Shown: positions 47,819 to 56,456 of the stretch, in pieces | Layout: every line of letters starts with the position of its first letter | How positions within the stretch are numbered: the first letter of the stretch is position 1 | Assembly (NCBI GenBank): GCA_029859805.1 | Contig: JAOUCL010000003.1 | Location: forward strand, 1-56,456 | Direction: 5' to 3' | Origin: Rhodospirillales bacterium | GTDB lineage: Bacteria > Pseudomonadota > Alphaproteobacteria > Kiloniellales > JAKSDN01 | Length of the DNA: 56,456 nucleotides | Position numbers and translations under genes: made by a program | The notes under the pieces: model-generated | What the model was told of the DNA's origin: nothing | Seen by the model: the letters and a program-made list of their open reading frames with translations, nothing else | The model's database searches: none

Positions 47819-48562
47819 ATGGAGAAGGTGATGGTGGTAACCGGCGGCAGCCGGGGGATCGGGGCCTCGATCGCGCGGTACGCGGGGCGCGCCGGCTACA
47901 AGGTCTGCGTCAACTATCGGGAGCAGGCCGGGCAGGCCGCGGAGGTCGTCGCCGCGATCGAGGGCGAGGGCGGCCGGGCGCAGGCCTTCCAGGCGGACGT
48001 CTCGGTCGAGGCCGACGTGGTGCGGCTTTTCGCCGAGGTGGACGAGGCCCTCGGGCCGGTCACCGCGCTCGCCAACAACGCCGGCATCATGCAGGTCGCC
48101 CTGGTCGAGGACATGCGGGCCGAGGACCTGAACCGCCTCTGGGCGACCAACATCACCTCGGCCTTCCTCTGCGCGCGCGAGGCGATCCGGCGGATGTCGA
48201 CCAAGCACGGCGGCACCGGTGGGGCGATCGCTAACCTATCGTCGATCGCCGGCAAGAAGGGCGGGCGCGGTCAGCGGGTCCACTATGCGGCCAGCAAGGG
48301 CGCGCTCAACACCATGACCATCGGCTTGGCGACCGAGGTCGCCGGCGAGGGCATCCGGGTGAACGCCGTGCTGCCGGGCCTGATCGACACCGACATGCAC
48401 GGCCCCTGGGGCGGCAAGAAGCGCATCGAGACCATCGGCCCGACCATCCCGCTGGGCCGCGCGGGCGTGCCCGACGACGTCGCCGCCGCCGTGGTCTGGC
48501 TGATGTCCGACGACGCCTCCTTCATCACCGGCGAGCTGCTCGAGGTCGGCGGCGGCTCTTGA
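47819..48562 (+). CDS. Short-chain dehydrogenase/reductase
   Basis: TGGSRGIG, NNAG, YAASK, NAVLPGLIDT. Confidence 0.92.
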   Translation: MEKVMVVTGGSRGIGASIARYAGRAGYKVCVNYREQAGQAAEVVAAIEGEGGRAQAFQADVSVEADVVRLFAEVDEALGPVTALANNAGIMQVALVEDMRAEDLNRLWATNITSAFLCAREAIRRMSTKHGGTGGAIANLSSIAGKKGGRGQRVHYAASKGALNTMTIGLATEVAGEGIRVNAVLPGLIDTDMHGPWGGKKRIETIGPTIPLGRAGVPDDVAAAVVWLMSDDASFITGELLEVGGGS

Positions 48563-48715
48563 TGGGCAGGTCACAACGCATTGTGACCTGCCGGTAGTCC
48601 GTCAAACGCCGGGCGCGCCGATCCGGGCGCTTGGCTTCGCTCGCACTGGCTCGCGGGGCCTCAATGGCCCAGGAATGATTACAAGGGCGCCAGTGACTCG
48701 CGTTCGTGCGTGCGG

Positions 48716-49024
48716 CTACTTGCGGTCTTTCACGTCGGCGGCGAAGTCCTCGTAGCGCCTGAGGGCGGTGACCGCGACGTCGACGTGCTGGCCGTGCTGC
48801 TGCATGATCGGCAAGTCGAGCAGGATCTGGTCGAGCGCGTCGTGGGACTCGACCTCGACGATCGCGACCACGCGGCGTTCGCCGACGCACTTCCAGAGGT
48901 CGACGACCACGCCGGCCTGCTTGGCGCCCAGCGCCGCGTCGGCCTCCTCGGCCCAGATGGCGAACAGCTCCTTCTGACTCATGTCCGCCGGGTATTCGAC
49001 GTTGAAATCCAAATGGAACAGCAT
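48716..49024 (-). CDS. Muconolactone delta-isomerase family protein
   Basis: MLFH..F.V..P, E, LW...G, D.IL..LP...V.VTAL pattern of CatC-like proteins; GAGGGAGG RBS. Confidence 0.72.
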   Translation of the reverse strand: MLFHLDFNVEYPADMSQKELFAIWAEEADAALGAKQAGVVVDLWKCVGERRVVAIVEVESHDALDQILLDLPIMQQHGQHVDVAVTALRRYEDFAADVKDRK

Positions 49025-49219
49025 TTCAGTCCCTCCCTCGATCGCGGAATTTGCAAAAGCGGCCTCTGAAACCTGGGCCAGTCTAGCTGCTCGCCGCGCG
49101 CCTGCGAAGCCGCTTGCGGGCGGCGCTTGCGCCGGGAGCCTGCGGACTATGCAATACTCTCGCCTGTCCGGTGCTTGCCGTTTTGTGCCTGAGCTGGACC
49201 AGGAGGGACGTACGACCGC

Positions 49220-49423
49220 ATGCACAGGTTCCTGCCCGCCGGCGCGGCGGCCGCCACGGGGATTCTGGTCGGCGCGACCATCGTCGCCACGCGCTTCGTG
49301 CTCGACCAGACGGAGCCGGCCTCGCTGGCCCTGCTGCTCTCGGAGCCGGTCTCCGTCCTGTTCCTCATCGGCCTGGCCTGCGTCGCGCTCGGCCTCTGGC
49401 TCGCCCACCGCCAACCGCGATAA
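49220..49423 (+). pseudogene. Internally deleted EamA/DMT transporter remnant (67 aa)
   Basis: EamA-like N-terminus (GILVGATIVATRF....PASLALL) joined directly to an EamA-like C-terminus (LSEPVS..FLIGLACVALGLWLA); AGGAGG RBS. Confidence 0.65.
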
Positions 49424-49564
49424 ATCGACTCCGGCACCATTTTTCGGGGCTGACGTCGCAGCGTACTTACCTTCGCGGGCGCTATCGCCTATCCTGGCGA
49501 ATCACCGGAAGGCGTCGGCCCGACGGAGACCGGGGCGCCAGGGACAAGGAAGCGGGAGGACGTC

Positions 49565-50443
49565 ATGAAGACGCTTGCGACGATCGGCTCGTTCGCGGCC
49601 TTGGTTTTGCTTGCCGCACAGGCTTCCGCCGGCCCGGAGCGGTATTCGGAGAATCTGGTCATAGGGCCGTCACAGGGCAATCACAGGCTGGATTGCAGGA
49701 TCATCCGGCCGTGGCCGCGCACCTCGGGCCCAGAGGACACTCGCTATCCGGTCATCGCCTGGGCGAACGGCTGGGACCAGGGCGATGTCGTCGGAGAGTT
49801 CACCACGCTGGGCTATAGGCCCGGCCTGATCGAATGGGCGCTCGACGGCCCCTACATCGTCATCGCCGCCAACCAGTGGTCGGCCCGGGCGCCCGACGTG
49901 CTGCAGTGCCTGCAGTGGCTGGTCGATCAGGACACCGAGCCGGGCAGCCTGTACGAAGGTGTGGTCGACACGGAGAGCATCGGCCTGGCCGGGCACAGCC
50001 AGGGCGGCGGCGCCGTCATCAAGGCCGGCGACGGCGAGCCGAACGGTTTCGAGATCGCCGCGGTCGTCGTCATGAACCCCTACGGTCCGGACTGGGTCGA
50101 TGCCGGCAGCCAGGACGGGCCGATGATGCTGGTCGGCGGCACCGACGACACGACGACCCCGGTGTCGTCGTTCCTCGCGGTCTGGGAGGCGATCCAGGCG
50201 AACGGCGTCGGCGGTCTGCTGGCGGTGTTGATCGGCGGCACCCACAACGACGACGCCTGGGCGCCGGCCGACGACTTCGACAACCCGCAGGACTACGATT
50301 TCGGCCGCTACCAAAGGGTCACCGAGCTGTGGTGGCAGCTCCATCTGAACGGCAACGCGAGCGCGGGCCGCCAGCTCGAGCGGGAGCTGGACAACGACCC
50401 CTGGATCACGGACTACGCCTTCACCATCGACTTCCAGCTCTGA
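49565..50443 (+). CDS. Secreted alpha/beta hydrolase (cutinase/chlorophyllase/PETase-like)
   Basis: Signal peptide ending ASA; YPVIAWANG, GHSQGGG, GGTDD, GGTH triad; GGAGG RBS. Confidence 0.8.
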   Translation: MKTLATIGSFAALVLLAAQASAGPERYSENLVIGPSQGNHRLDCRIIRPWPRTSGPEDTRYPVIAWANGWDQGDVVGEFTTLGYRPGLIEWALDGPYIVIAANQWSARAPDVLQCLQWLVDQDTEPGSLYEGVVDTESIGLAGHSQGGGAVIKAGDGEPNGFEIAAVVVMNPYGPDWVDAGSQDGPMMLVGGTDDTTTPVSSFLAVWEAIQANGVGGLLAVLIGGTHNDDAWAPADDFDNPQDYDFGRYQRVTELWWQLHLNGNASAGRQLERELDNDPWITDYAFTIDFQL

Positions 50444-50499
50444 AGGGGTGCGGCGACCGAAAGCGGCTCCACTTTGCCAGCCGGCATCGGTGGAGGCGA

Positions 50500-51264
50500 T
50501 TAGTCCCCCCTGCGCCCGCTCCTGAGCGCCGAGATGATGCCGTGGAGGGTGCGCAGGTCCTGGTCGGTGGGCTCGAGGCGTTGGATCATGTTGCGCAGAT
50601 TGCGCACCATGCCGGGGCGCTTTTCCGGCGGGTGCAGGAAGCCGGTCTCGTCGAGCGCGGCCTCGAGGCGCTGGAAGAAGTTGACCAGCTCGGCCTTGCC
50701 GGCCGGCGGCTGGCCACCCGCCTCGAGGCGCCGGGGCGGCGTCGCGTCGGCCACCTGGAACCACTCGTAGCCGACCAGCAGCACGGCCATGGCGAGGTTG
50801 AGCGAGGCGAAGGCCGGGTTCAGTGGCACGGCAAGCAGGGTGTCGGCCAGCGCCAGGTCGTCGTTCACCAGCCCGGAGCGCTCGGGCCCGAACAGGAGGC
50901 CGGCGCGCAGCCCTTCGGCCAGGGCCGCGCGCAGCTCGGCCGCCGCGCGGCGGGGCGTGACCACGGGCTTGACCATGCCGCGGGGGCGCGCGGTGGCGGC
51001 GTAGACCCGGGCGAGGTCGGCCACGGCCGCGGCCGTGGTGTCGTAGAGGCGGGCATGCTCGAGCACCGTGTCGGCGCCCGCGGCGGCGGATACCGCCGCT
51101 TCGTTCGGCCAGCCGTCGCGCGGCCGCACGAGGCGCAGCTCGGAGAGCCCGCAGTTCAGCATGGCCCGCGCCACCATGCCGATGTTCTCGCCCAGCTGCG
51201 GGTCGACCAGTACCACCGCCGGCCCGCCGAGCCTGGTGGTCTTCGACCTGTCGGTGCCGGCCAC
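50500..51264 (-). CDS. trmJ: SPOUT RNA methyltransferase, TrmJ/LasT family
   Basis: PQLGENIGMVARAM.N.GL, ATAR.R, LFGPERSGL, SLNLAMAV. Confidence 0.9.
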   Translation of the reverse strand: MAGTDRSKTTRLGGPAVVLVDPQLGENIGMVARAMLNCGLSELRLVRPRDGWPNEAAVSAAAGADTVLEHARLYDTTAAAVADLARVYAATARPRGMVKPVVTPRRAAAELRAALAEGLRAGLLFGPERSGLVNDDLALADTLLAVPLNPAFASLNLAMAVLLVGYEWFQVADATPPRRLEAGGQPPAGKAELVNFFQRLEAALDETGFLHPPEKRPGMVRNLRNMIQRLEPTDQDLRTLHGIISALRSGRRGD

Positions 51265-51282
51265 GGCCCGCCCTAGCCCGCC

Positions 51283-51380
51283 GGAAAAAAGGTGTCAGAC
51301 ACCTTTTCCGCTGACAACGAATTGATATCAATGGCTTTATCCGGGGAAGATCGCACGAAGAAGGGGTCCGACGCCTTTTT
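51283..51380. repeat. Pair of REP-like palindromes
   Basis: AAAAGGTGTC-A-GACACCTTTT (51287-51307) and degenerate AAGGGGTC-C-GACGCCTT (51361-51377). Confidence 0.7.
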
Positions 51381-51382
51381 CG

Positions 51383-52132
51383 TCATTGCCGGAGCAGGGT
51401 GCGGGCGCGGGCCAGCGCGTCGGGGATGGCCTCGCCGGCCTGCATCTCAGGATGGTACATCAGCGCGAAGACCGCCTGGCCGAGCGGCGTGAGCGCCGGC
51501 AGCGGCGCCGTCGGGTCGACCAGGCCCTCCAATTGGTCGCCGAGCGTGACCCCGCCGAGCGCCCAGACCACGGCCAGGATCAGCGCGGCCTCCTGGGCTT
51601 CGCGTGGCTCGTCGTCGGCGATCATGACCCGGCCGATCAGCGCCTCGAAGCGCGGGAAGCTGAACAGGAAGGGCCAGCGGCCGTCCTCGAAGCGCCCGAG
51701 CATCCAGTCGCCCACCCCGAAGGCGCCGGCCATCTGGGCCATGACGAGCCTCGGCCCGACCACGATCTCCAGGTTGCTGCCGGTGGCCATGCGCGCGGCC
51801 TCGGCCCCCGCCAGCGCGGAGAGCGGCCGGGTCAGAACGACGTCGATCGGTCGCCCCGTAGCCCGCCCGAACGCGCCGGCCACGGCCGCGAGCGCGGGTC
51901 GGAGCGCCGCGCTCCGGTCCGGGTCGGCGTAGAAAGCAATGCCGACTGGCCCCGGAACCCTCCAAGTCACCCTCTCCGGCAGGCCGAAGAAGCTCCGGTC
52001 CCGGCCATGGTCGACCAGCGCCTTGTAGGCCGCCAGCACGTCCTCGGAGGCCGGCGGGCCCTGTTGAGCATCAGCCGGCGCCGCCAAAGCCAGAATCGCG
52101 GCGATGGCCAGCAGCTTCGCGACTCGGTTCAT
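51383..52132 (-). CDS. Secreted hypothetical protein
   Basis: Signal peptide ending ADA; ATGA-coupled to cimA; host-like codon usage. Confidence 0.7.
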   Translation of the reverse strand: MNRVAKLLAIAAILALAAPADAQQGPPASEDVLAAYKALVDHGRDRSFFGLPERVTWRVPGPVGIAFYADPDRSAALRPALAAVAGAFGRATGRPIDVVLTRPLSALAGAEAARMATGSNLEIVVGPRLVMAQMAGAFGVGDWMLGRFEDGRWPFLFSFPRFEALIGRVMIADDEPREAQEAALILAVVWALGGVTLGDQLEGLVDPTAPLPALTPLGQAVFALMYHPEMQAGEAIPDALARARTLLRQ

Positions 52133-53739
52133 GACACCTCCCGTGGGACCTCGGCCCCGTCCTGCAGCAGTTTCCAGGTTATGCCGTCGTACAGCGCGTT
52201 GAACGATGCATCGATGATATTGGTCGAGACGCCGACCGTGGTCCAGCGCCGTCCGTTGGCGTCCGCGCTCTCGATCATCACCCGGGTGACCGCGCGGGTA
52301 CCGGCCTGGGGCGTCAGGATGCGCACCTTGTAGTCGACCAGGCGCATGTCCTCGAGCTGCGGGTAGACCGGCACCAGGGCCTTGCGCACCGCCATGTCGA
52401 GCGCGTTGACCGGGCCGTTGCCGTTGGCGACCTCGAACTTGGCGCGGCCGCCGACCTCGAGGCTGACCGTCGCCTCGGATTCGGTGACCAGCTCGCCGCG
52501 CGCGTTCCAGCGCCGGTCGTCCATGACCCGGAAGCGCTGCAGGTTGAAGTAGACCGGCACGCTGCCGAGCACGCGCCGCGCCAGCAGCTCGAAGCTGGCC
52601 TCGGCGCCGTCGTAGGCATAGCCCTCGAACTCGCGCGCCTTGACCCGCTCGACCAGGGCCGCGACCTTGGGGTCGCCGGGCGCCACGTCGATGCCGATCT
52701 CGCGGAAGCGGGCCAGGATGTTGGACCGGCCGGACTGGTCCGAGACCACGATGTGGCGCCGGTTGCCGACCAGGGCCGGGTCGACGTGCTCGTAGGTTCG
52801 CGGGTCCTTCTCGACCGCCGAGACGTGCGCGCCGCCCTTGTGGGCAAAAGCGCTGTCGCCGACGTAGGCGGCGCTCCTGTCCGGCGCCCGGTTGAGGCGC
52901 TCGTCCAGCATGTGCGAGACCCGGGTGAGGGTTTCGAGCTGGTCTTCGCCGACGCCGGTCTCGAAATCGGTCTTGAGCATCAGCGAGGGGATCAGCGAGA
53001 CCAGATTGGCGTTGCCGCAGCGCTCGCCCAGGCCGTTCACGGTGCCCTGGATCTGGCGCGCGCCGGCCCGAACCGCGGCCAGCGAGCCGGCGACCGCATT
53101 CTCGGTATCGTTGTGGCAGTGGATTCCGAGATGGCTGCCGGGCACGATCTCGGCGACCTGGCCGACGATCCGCTCGATCTCGTGCGGCAGGGTACCGCCG
53201 TTGGTGTCGCAGAGCACGACCCAGCGCGCACCCGCGCCGTGCGCCGCCCTGAGGCAGTCGAGCGCGTGGTCCGGGTTGGCCTTGTAGCCGTCGAAGAAGT
53301 GCTCGGCGTCGAACAGGACCTCGGCCTTGCGCTTCGCCGCCTGGGCGACGCTTTCCGCGATCATGTCGACGTTCTCGGCGAGCGGCACGCCCAGCGCGAC
53401 CTCGACCTGAAAATCCCAGGTCTTGCCGAACAGGCAGACGGCGTCGGCCTTGCCGTCCAGCACGGCCGCCAGGCCCGGATCGTTCGCGGCCGAGCGCCCG
53501 GAGCGCCGGGTCATGCCGAAGGCGACCAGGCGGGCGGTCCTGAGGTCCGGCGGCTCGGCGAAAAACGCGTCGTCGGTCGGGTTGGCGCCGGGCCAGCCGC
53601 CCTCGACGTAGTCGATGCCGAGACCGTCGAGCGCCCGGGCGATCGTGATCTTGTCGGCGACCGAGAAGTCGACGCCCTGGGTTTGGGCGCCGTCGCGCAG
53701 GGTCGAATCGAAAAGATAGACGCGCTTGTCGTCGCTCAT
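52129..53739 (-). CDS. cimA: Citramalate synthase
   Basis: DSTLRDGAQ, EGGWPGANP, DAEHFFDG, CDTNGG, HCHND, GERCGNA, AHKGG, GPVNALD, DYKVRIL. Confidence 0.93.
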   Translation of the reverse strand: MSDDKRVYLFDSTLRDGAQTQGVDFSVADKITIARALDGLGIDYVEGGWPGANPTDDAFFAEPPDLRTARLVAFGMTRRSGRSAANDPGLAAVLDGKADAVCLFGKTWDFQVEVALGVPLAENVDMIAESVAQAAKRKAEVLFDAEHFFDGYKANPDHALDCLRAAHGAGARWVVLCDTNGGTLPHEIERIVGQVAEIVPGSHLGIHCHNDTENAVAGSLAAVRAGARQIQGTVNGLGERCGNANLVSLIPSLMLKTDFETGVGEDQLETLTRVSHMLDERLNRAPDRSAAYVGDSAFAHKGGAHVSAVEKDPRTYEHVDPALVGNRRHIVVSDQSGRSNILARFREIGIDVAPGDPKVAALVERVKAREFEGYAYDGAEASFELLARRVLGSVPVYFNLQRFRVMDDRRWNARGELVTESEATVSLEVGGRAKFEVANGNGPVNALDMAVRKALVPVYPQLEDMRLVDYKVRILTPQAGTRAVTRVMIESADANGRRWTTVGVSTNIIDASFNALYDGITWKLLQDGAEVPREVS

Positions 53740-53815
53740 TGCCCGGCCAGCTCCTCTCCGGCCAGAGTTTTCAGCACAGGGGCGGCGCGCCGTCAACGCC
53801 GCTGGCCTCGGGCGG

Positions 53816-54769
53816 CTAGAACCTGAGCGCCAGGGTGAGGCCGGTCGCGCCCTGTTGGCCGAACGGGAGGATCTCCACGCCGGCCTCCTCCAGGAAGGGG
53901 CTGTGGCGGGTCACCATGCGGCCGATGAAATGGCCGATCGCGGCGCCCATGAACACGTCCGAGGCCCAGTGCCGCTGGGCATTGACCCGGCCGAGCGCCG
54001 TCATCCCGGCGAGCGGATAGGCCAGCCAGGGTACCCAGGGATGGTCCTCGCCATAGGTCTCGGCGACCACCGTGGCCATGGCGAAGGCGTTGCCGGAGTG
54101 GCCCGAAGGGAAGGCGGTGTTGAACTCGCCGCCGCCCGGGCCGTTCCAGTCGAAGGCGTCGTCGGCGTCGTCCGGCCGCTCGCGCTGGCCCAGGTACTTG
54201 ATGCCCGCGATCAGCGCGCCGGTCAGCGCGACGCTCTGGAAGCCGTTCAGGAACATGGCCTTCTCACGCTCCAGGCCGACCGCCTCGGAGAGCGCGTAGC
54301 CGGCCAGCGTGCCGAACAGCAGCTTGTCGGAATCGCCGAACTTCTCGACCACGTCCTCGATCGAGTCCGTCGTATTGCCGCGCACGTCGTCCTGCCAGAA
54401 GTCGTCGATCTCGTCGTCGAGCAGCATCAGGGCGCCGGTCACGGAAAGCACGATTCCAACGGTGATCCACTCGTCTCTGTCGTAGTGGAAGGGGCCGCTG
54501 AGGATGCGCCAGGAGTTTTCCGCGAAGCTCGTGTAGAAGCCGCCGTCGAGGAGGTAGATGCCGTCCTTGTAGCGCGGCCCCGGCTCGGCCTCGCTCTCCT
54601 CGTTCGGCTCGGCTTCGACCCGGTCCGGCGCGGGGGCGCCGAGCGGATCCTCGGCCGCAAGGCCGATGCTGTACGCCGCGAACAGCAAGACGCCCGAGGC
54701 CAGGCCTGCGCGGACGGCCCGCCGACAAAGCAGGAAACCGCGTCGCGGGGAAGCTTTGACCTCCGGCAT
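53816..54769 (-). CDS. PAP2-family phosphatase, exported/membrane
   Basis: K-x6-RP (KYLGQRERP), PSGH, GR-x5-H-x3-D; hydrophobic N-terminal leader; start uncertain. Confidence 0.85.
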   Translation of the reverse strand: MPEVKASPRRGFLLCRRAVRAGLASGVLLFAAYSIGLAAEDPLGAPAPDRVEAEPNEESEAEPGPRYKDGIYLLDGGFYTSFAENSWRILSGPFHYDRDEWITVGIVLSVTGALMLLDDEIDDFWQDDVRGNTTDSIEDVVEKFGDSDKLLFGTLAGYALSEAVGLEREKAMFLNGFQSVALTGALIAGIKYLGQRERPDDADDAFDWNGPGGGEFNTAFPSGHSGNAFAMATVVAETYGEDHPWVPWLAYPLAGMTALGRVNAQRHWASDVFMGAAIGHFIGRMVTRHSPFLEEAGVEILPFGQQGATGLTLALRF

Positions 54770-54890
54770 TGACCCCCTCGGCCTCCTGGCGGGCAGCAGT
54801 GCCCGCGCCGCCGCGTCCGACGGACGCAGCACAACCCGCTTGCTTGTCGCAGGCTATGGTGAATTTTCGGTGAAGCGGGCCCGGCCAGGC

Positions 54891-55640
54891 TCAGTAGATG
54901 TGCAGGCCGCCGTTGACCGAGAGCACCTGACCGGTGACGTAGGCGGACAGGTCCGAGGCAAGGTAGAGGCAGGCGTCGGCAACGTCCTCCGAGGTGCCCA
55001 GGCGCCCGAGCGGCACGGTCTTGGAGATACGGTCCTTGTCGGCACGGGTCATGCGGCCCTTGGAGAAATCGTTGTCGATGACCCCTGGAGCGATGGCGTT
55101 GGAGCGGATACCGAGGGGCGCCAGCTCGCGCGCCAGCGCCTTGGCCAGGCCGAAGATGCCCGACTTGGCCGCGGCATAGTGCGAGCGCCCAAACAGCCCG
55201 CCGCCGACCTGCCCGGCGATCGAGGAGACGAAGACCATCGCGCCGCCGCCGCGCGCCTCGAGGTGCGGCACGACCGCCTGGGCCATCTGGAAGTTGCCCC
55301 GCAGGTTGACGTCGAGCACCAGGTCGTACTCCTCGGGGGCGATCTCCTTGATCGGCGTGCCGTAGACGACCCCGGCGTTGCCGATCAGGATGTCGATGGC
55401 GCCGAAGCGCCCGGCGACCGCCTCCACCGTCTCGAGGCAAGCCGCGCGTTCGCGCACGTCGCAGACATAGCCGGCGTGCTCCTCGCCGAGCTCGGCCGCG
55501 ACTTTCTCAGGATTCTCCTCGGCCAGGTCGAGGATCGCCACCCGCGCGCCGTGTTCGGCGAAGAGACGCGCCGTCGCCCGGCCGATGCCGAGCTCCGAGG
55601 CGCCCCCGGTGATGACGGCGACCTTGTCGTTCAGGAGCAT
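54891..55640 (-). CDS. Short-chain dehydrogenase/reductase
   Basis: TGGASELGIG, NAG, YAAAK, NAIAPG; AAGGAG RBS. Confidence 0.92.
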   Translation of the reverse strand: MLLNDKVAVITGGASELGIGRATARLFAEHGARVAILDLAEENPEKVAAELGEEHAGYVCDVRERAACLETVEAVAGRFGAIDILIGNAGVVYGTPIKEIAPEEYDLVLDVNLRGNFQMAQAVVPHLEARGGGAMVFVSSIAGQVGGGLFGRSHYAAAKSGIFGLAKALARELAPLGIRSNAIAPGVIDNDFSKGRMTRADKDRISKTVPLGRLGTSEDVADACLYLASDLSAYVTGQVLSVNGGLHIY

Positions 55641-55657
55641 GACGATCTCCTTTCCCC

Positions 55658-55684
55658 AGGAAAAGGTGTCTGACACCTTTTCCT
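55658..55684. repeat. REP-like perfect palindrome
   Basis: AGGAAAAGGTGTC-T-GACACCTTTTCCT directly after the cysS stop; same core as the copy at 51287. Confidence 0.75.
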
Positions 55685-55685
55685 A

Positions 55686-56456
55686 TCAATCACCCCGCTT
55701 CCAGATCGTACCTTGGGGCGTGTCCTCCAGGACGATACCCTTGGCATTCAGCTCGTCGCGGATGCGGTCCGCCTCGGCGAAGTCCTTGGCCTTGCGGGCG
55801 GCGGCGCGGGCCTCGATCAGGCGTTCGATCTCGCCGGCCTGGTCCCCGACCCCCGCGCCCTTGAACCAGGCCTCCGGGTCGGCCTCCAGCAGGCCGAGCA
55901 GCCGGGCGCCGGCCAGCAGCTCGCCCTTGAGGCGCGACTGTTCCACTGGATCCTGGGCGCGGTTGAGGGCACCGGTGCTCTCGTGCAGCTCGGCCAGCGC
56001 CGCCGGCGTGTTGAGATCGTCCTCGAGCGCCTCGACCAGGCCGGCCGACGGTTGCGCCCCGCCGGCCTCGACACCTTCTACCCTGCGCAACGCGCCGTAG
56101 AAGCCGTCGAGCTGGGCCTTGGATTCCTTGAGCTTCTCGCGGGTCACGTCGAGCGGCTGGCGGTAGTGGCCGGTGAGCAGGGTGAGCCGGATCGCCTCGC
56201 CGCGCACGCCCTCCTCGAGCAATTGCCGCACCGTAAAGAAGTTGCCCAGAGACTTGGACATCTTCTCGCCCTCGACCACGACATAGCCGTTGTGCACCCA
56301 ATGGCGCGCGAAGCTGCCATCGGTACCACAGAGGCTCTGGGCGATCTCGTTCTCGTGGTGCGGGAAGATCAAGTCCTGGCCGCCGCCGTGCAGGTCGAAG
56401 GTCTCGCCCAGATGCTCGGCGCTCATAGCCGAGCACTCGATGTGCCAGCCGGGCCG
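55686..56456 (-). CDS. cysS: Cysteinyl-tRNA synthetase, C-terminal part (5' end outside the window)
   Basis: [49 protein letters not shown]. Confidence 0.98.
   Translation of the reverse strand, partial: RPGWHIECSAMSAEHLGETFDLHGGGQDLIFPHHENEIAQSLCGTDGSFARHWVHNGYVVVEGEKMSKSLGNFFTVRQLLEEGVRGEAIRLTLLTGHYRQPLDVTREKLKESKAQLDGFYGALRRVEGVEAGGAQPSAGLVEALEDDLNTPAALAELHESTGALNRAQDPVEQSRLKGELLAGARLLGLLEADPEAWFKGAGVGDQAGEIERLIEARAAARKAKDFAEADRIRDELNAKGIVLEDTPQGTIWKRGD

Noticed and set aside
1-56456. tRNA, rRNA, IS, integrase, prophage or defence genes
   Set aside because: None recognised by eye; tRNAscan-SE, Infernal and ISEScan would be needed to exclude them formally.

Overview
GC-rich bacterial chromosomal segment, most likely alphaproteobacterial (Rhodospirillales/Kiloniellales-like). 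This assignment is inferred from the rpsD sequence, an Azospirillum-type ipdC and the cysS..cimA..trmJ order. About 53 CDS were called. The left and middle parts are dominated by amine/amino-acid catabolism: hydantoinase/oxoprolinase, three ThDP decarboxylase systems, two FAD D-amino-acid/sarcosine-oxidase-like enzymes, a class III aminotransferase, a GS-like gamma-glutamyl ligase with permease, a lower-GC TRAP/SDR/LuxR block, an ALDH (frameshifted) plus Fe-ADH, and Leu dehydrogenase. Two anaerobic-respiration loci stand out. One is a TAT-exported ttrBCA-like molybdoenzyme operon with a TorD-type chaperone. The other is a HAO-family octaheme cytochrome c transcribed divergently from a translationally coupled pcm / membrane spermidine-synthase-like protein / M28 peptidase operon, with two FNR-like boxes between them; this is the best candidate for an undescribed system. 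The right end holds housekeeping genes (rpsD, trmJ, cimA, cysS) interrupted by accessory genes next to REP-like palindromes. I saw no tRNA, rRNA, CRISPR array, transposase or integrase. All calls come from motif recognition by eye; no database searches were run.
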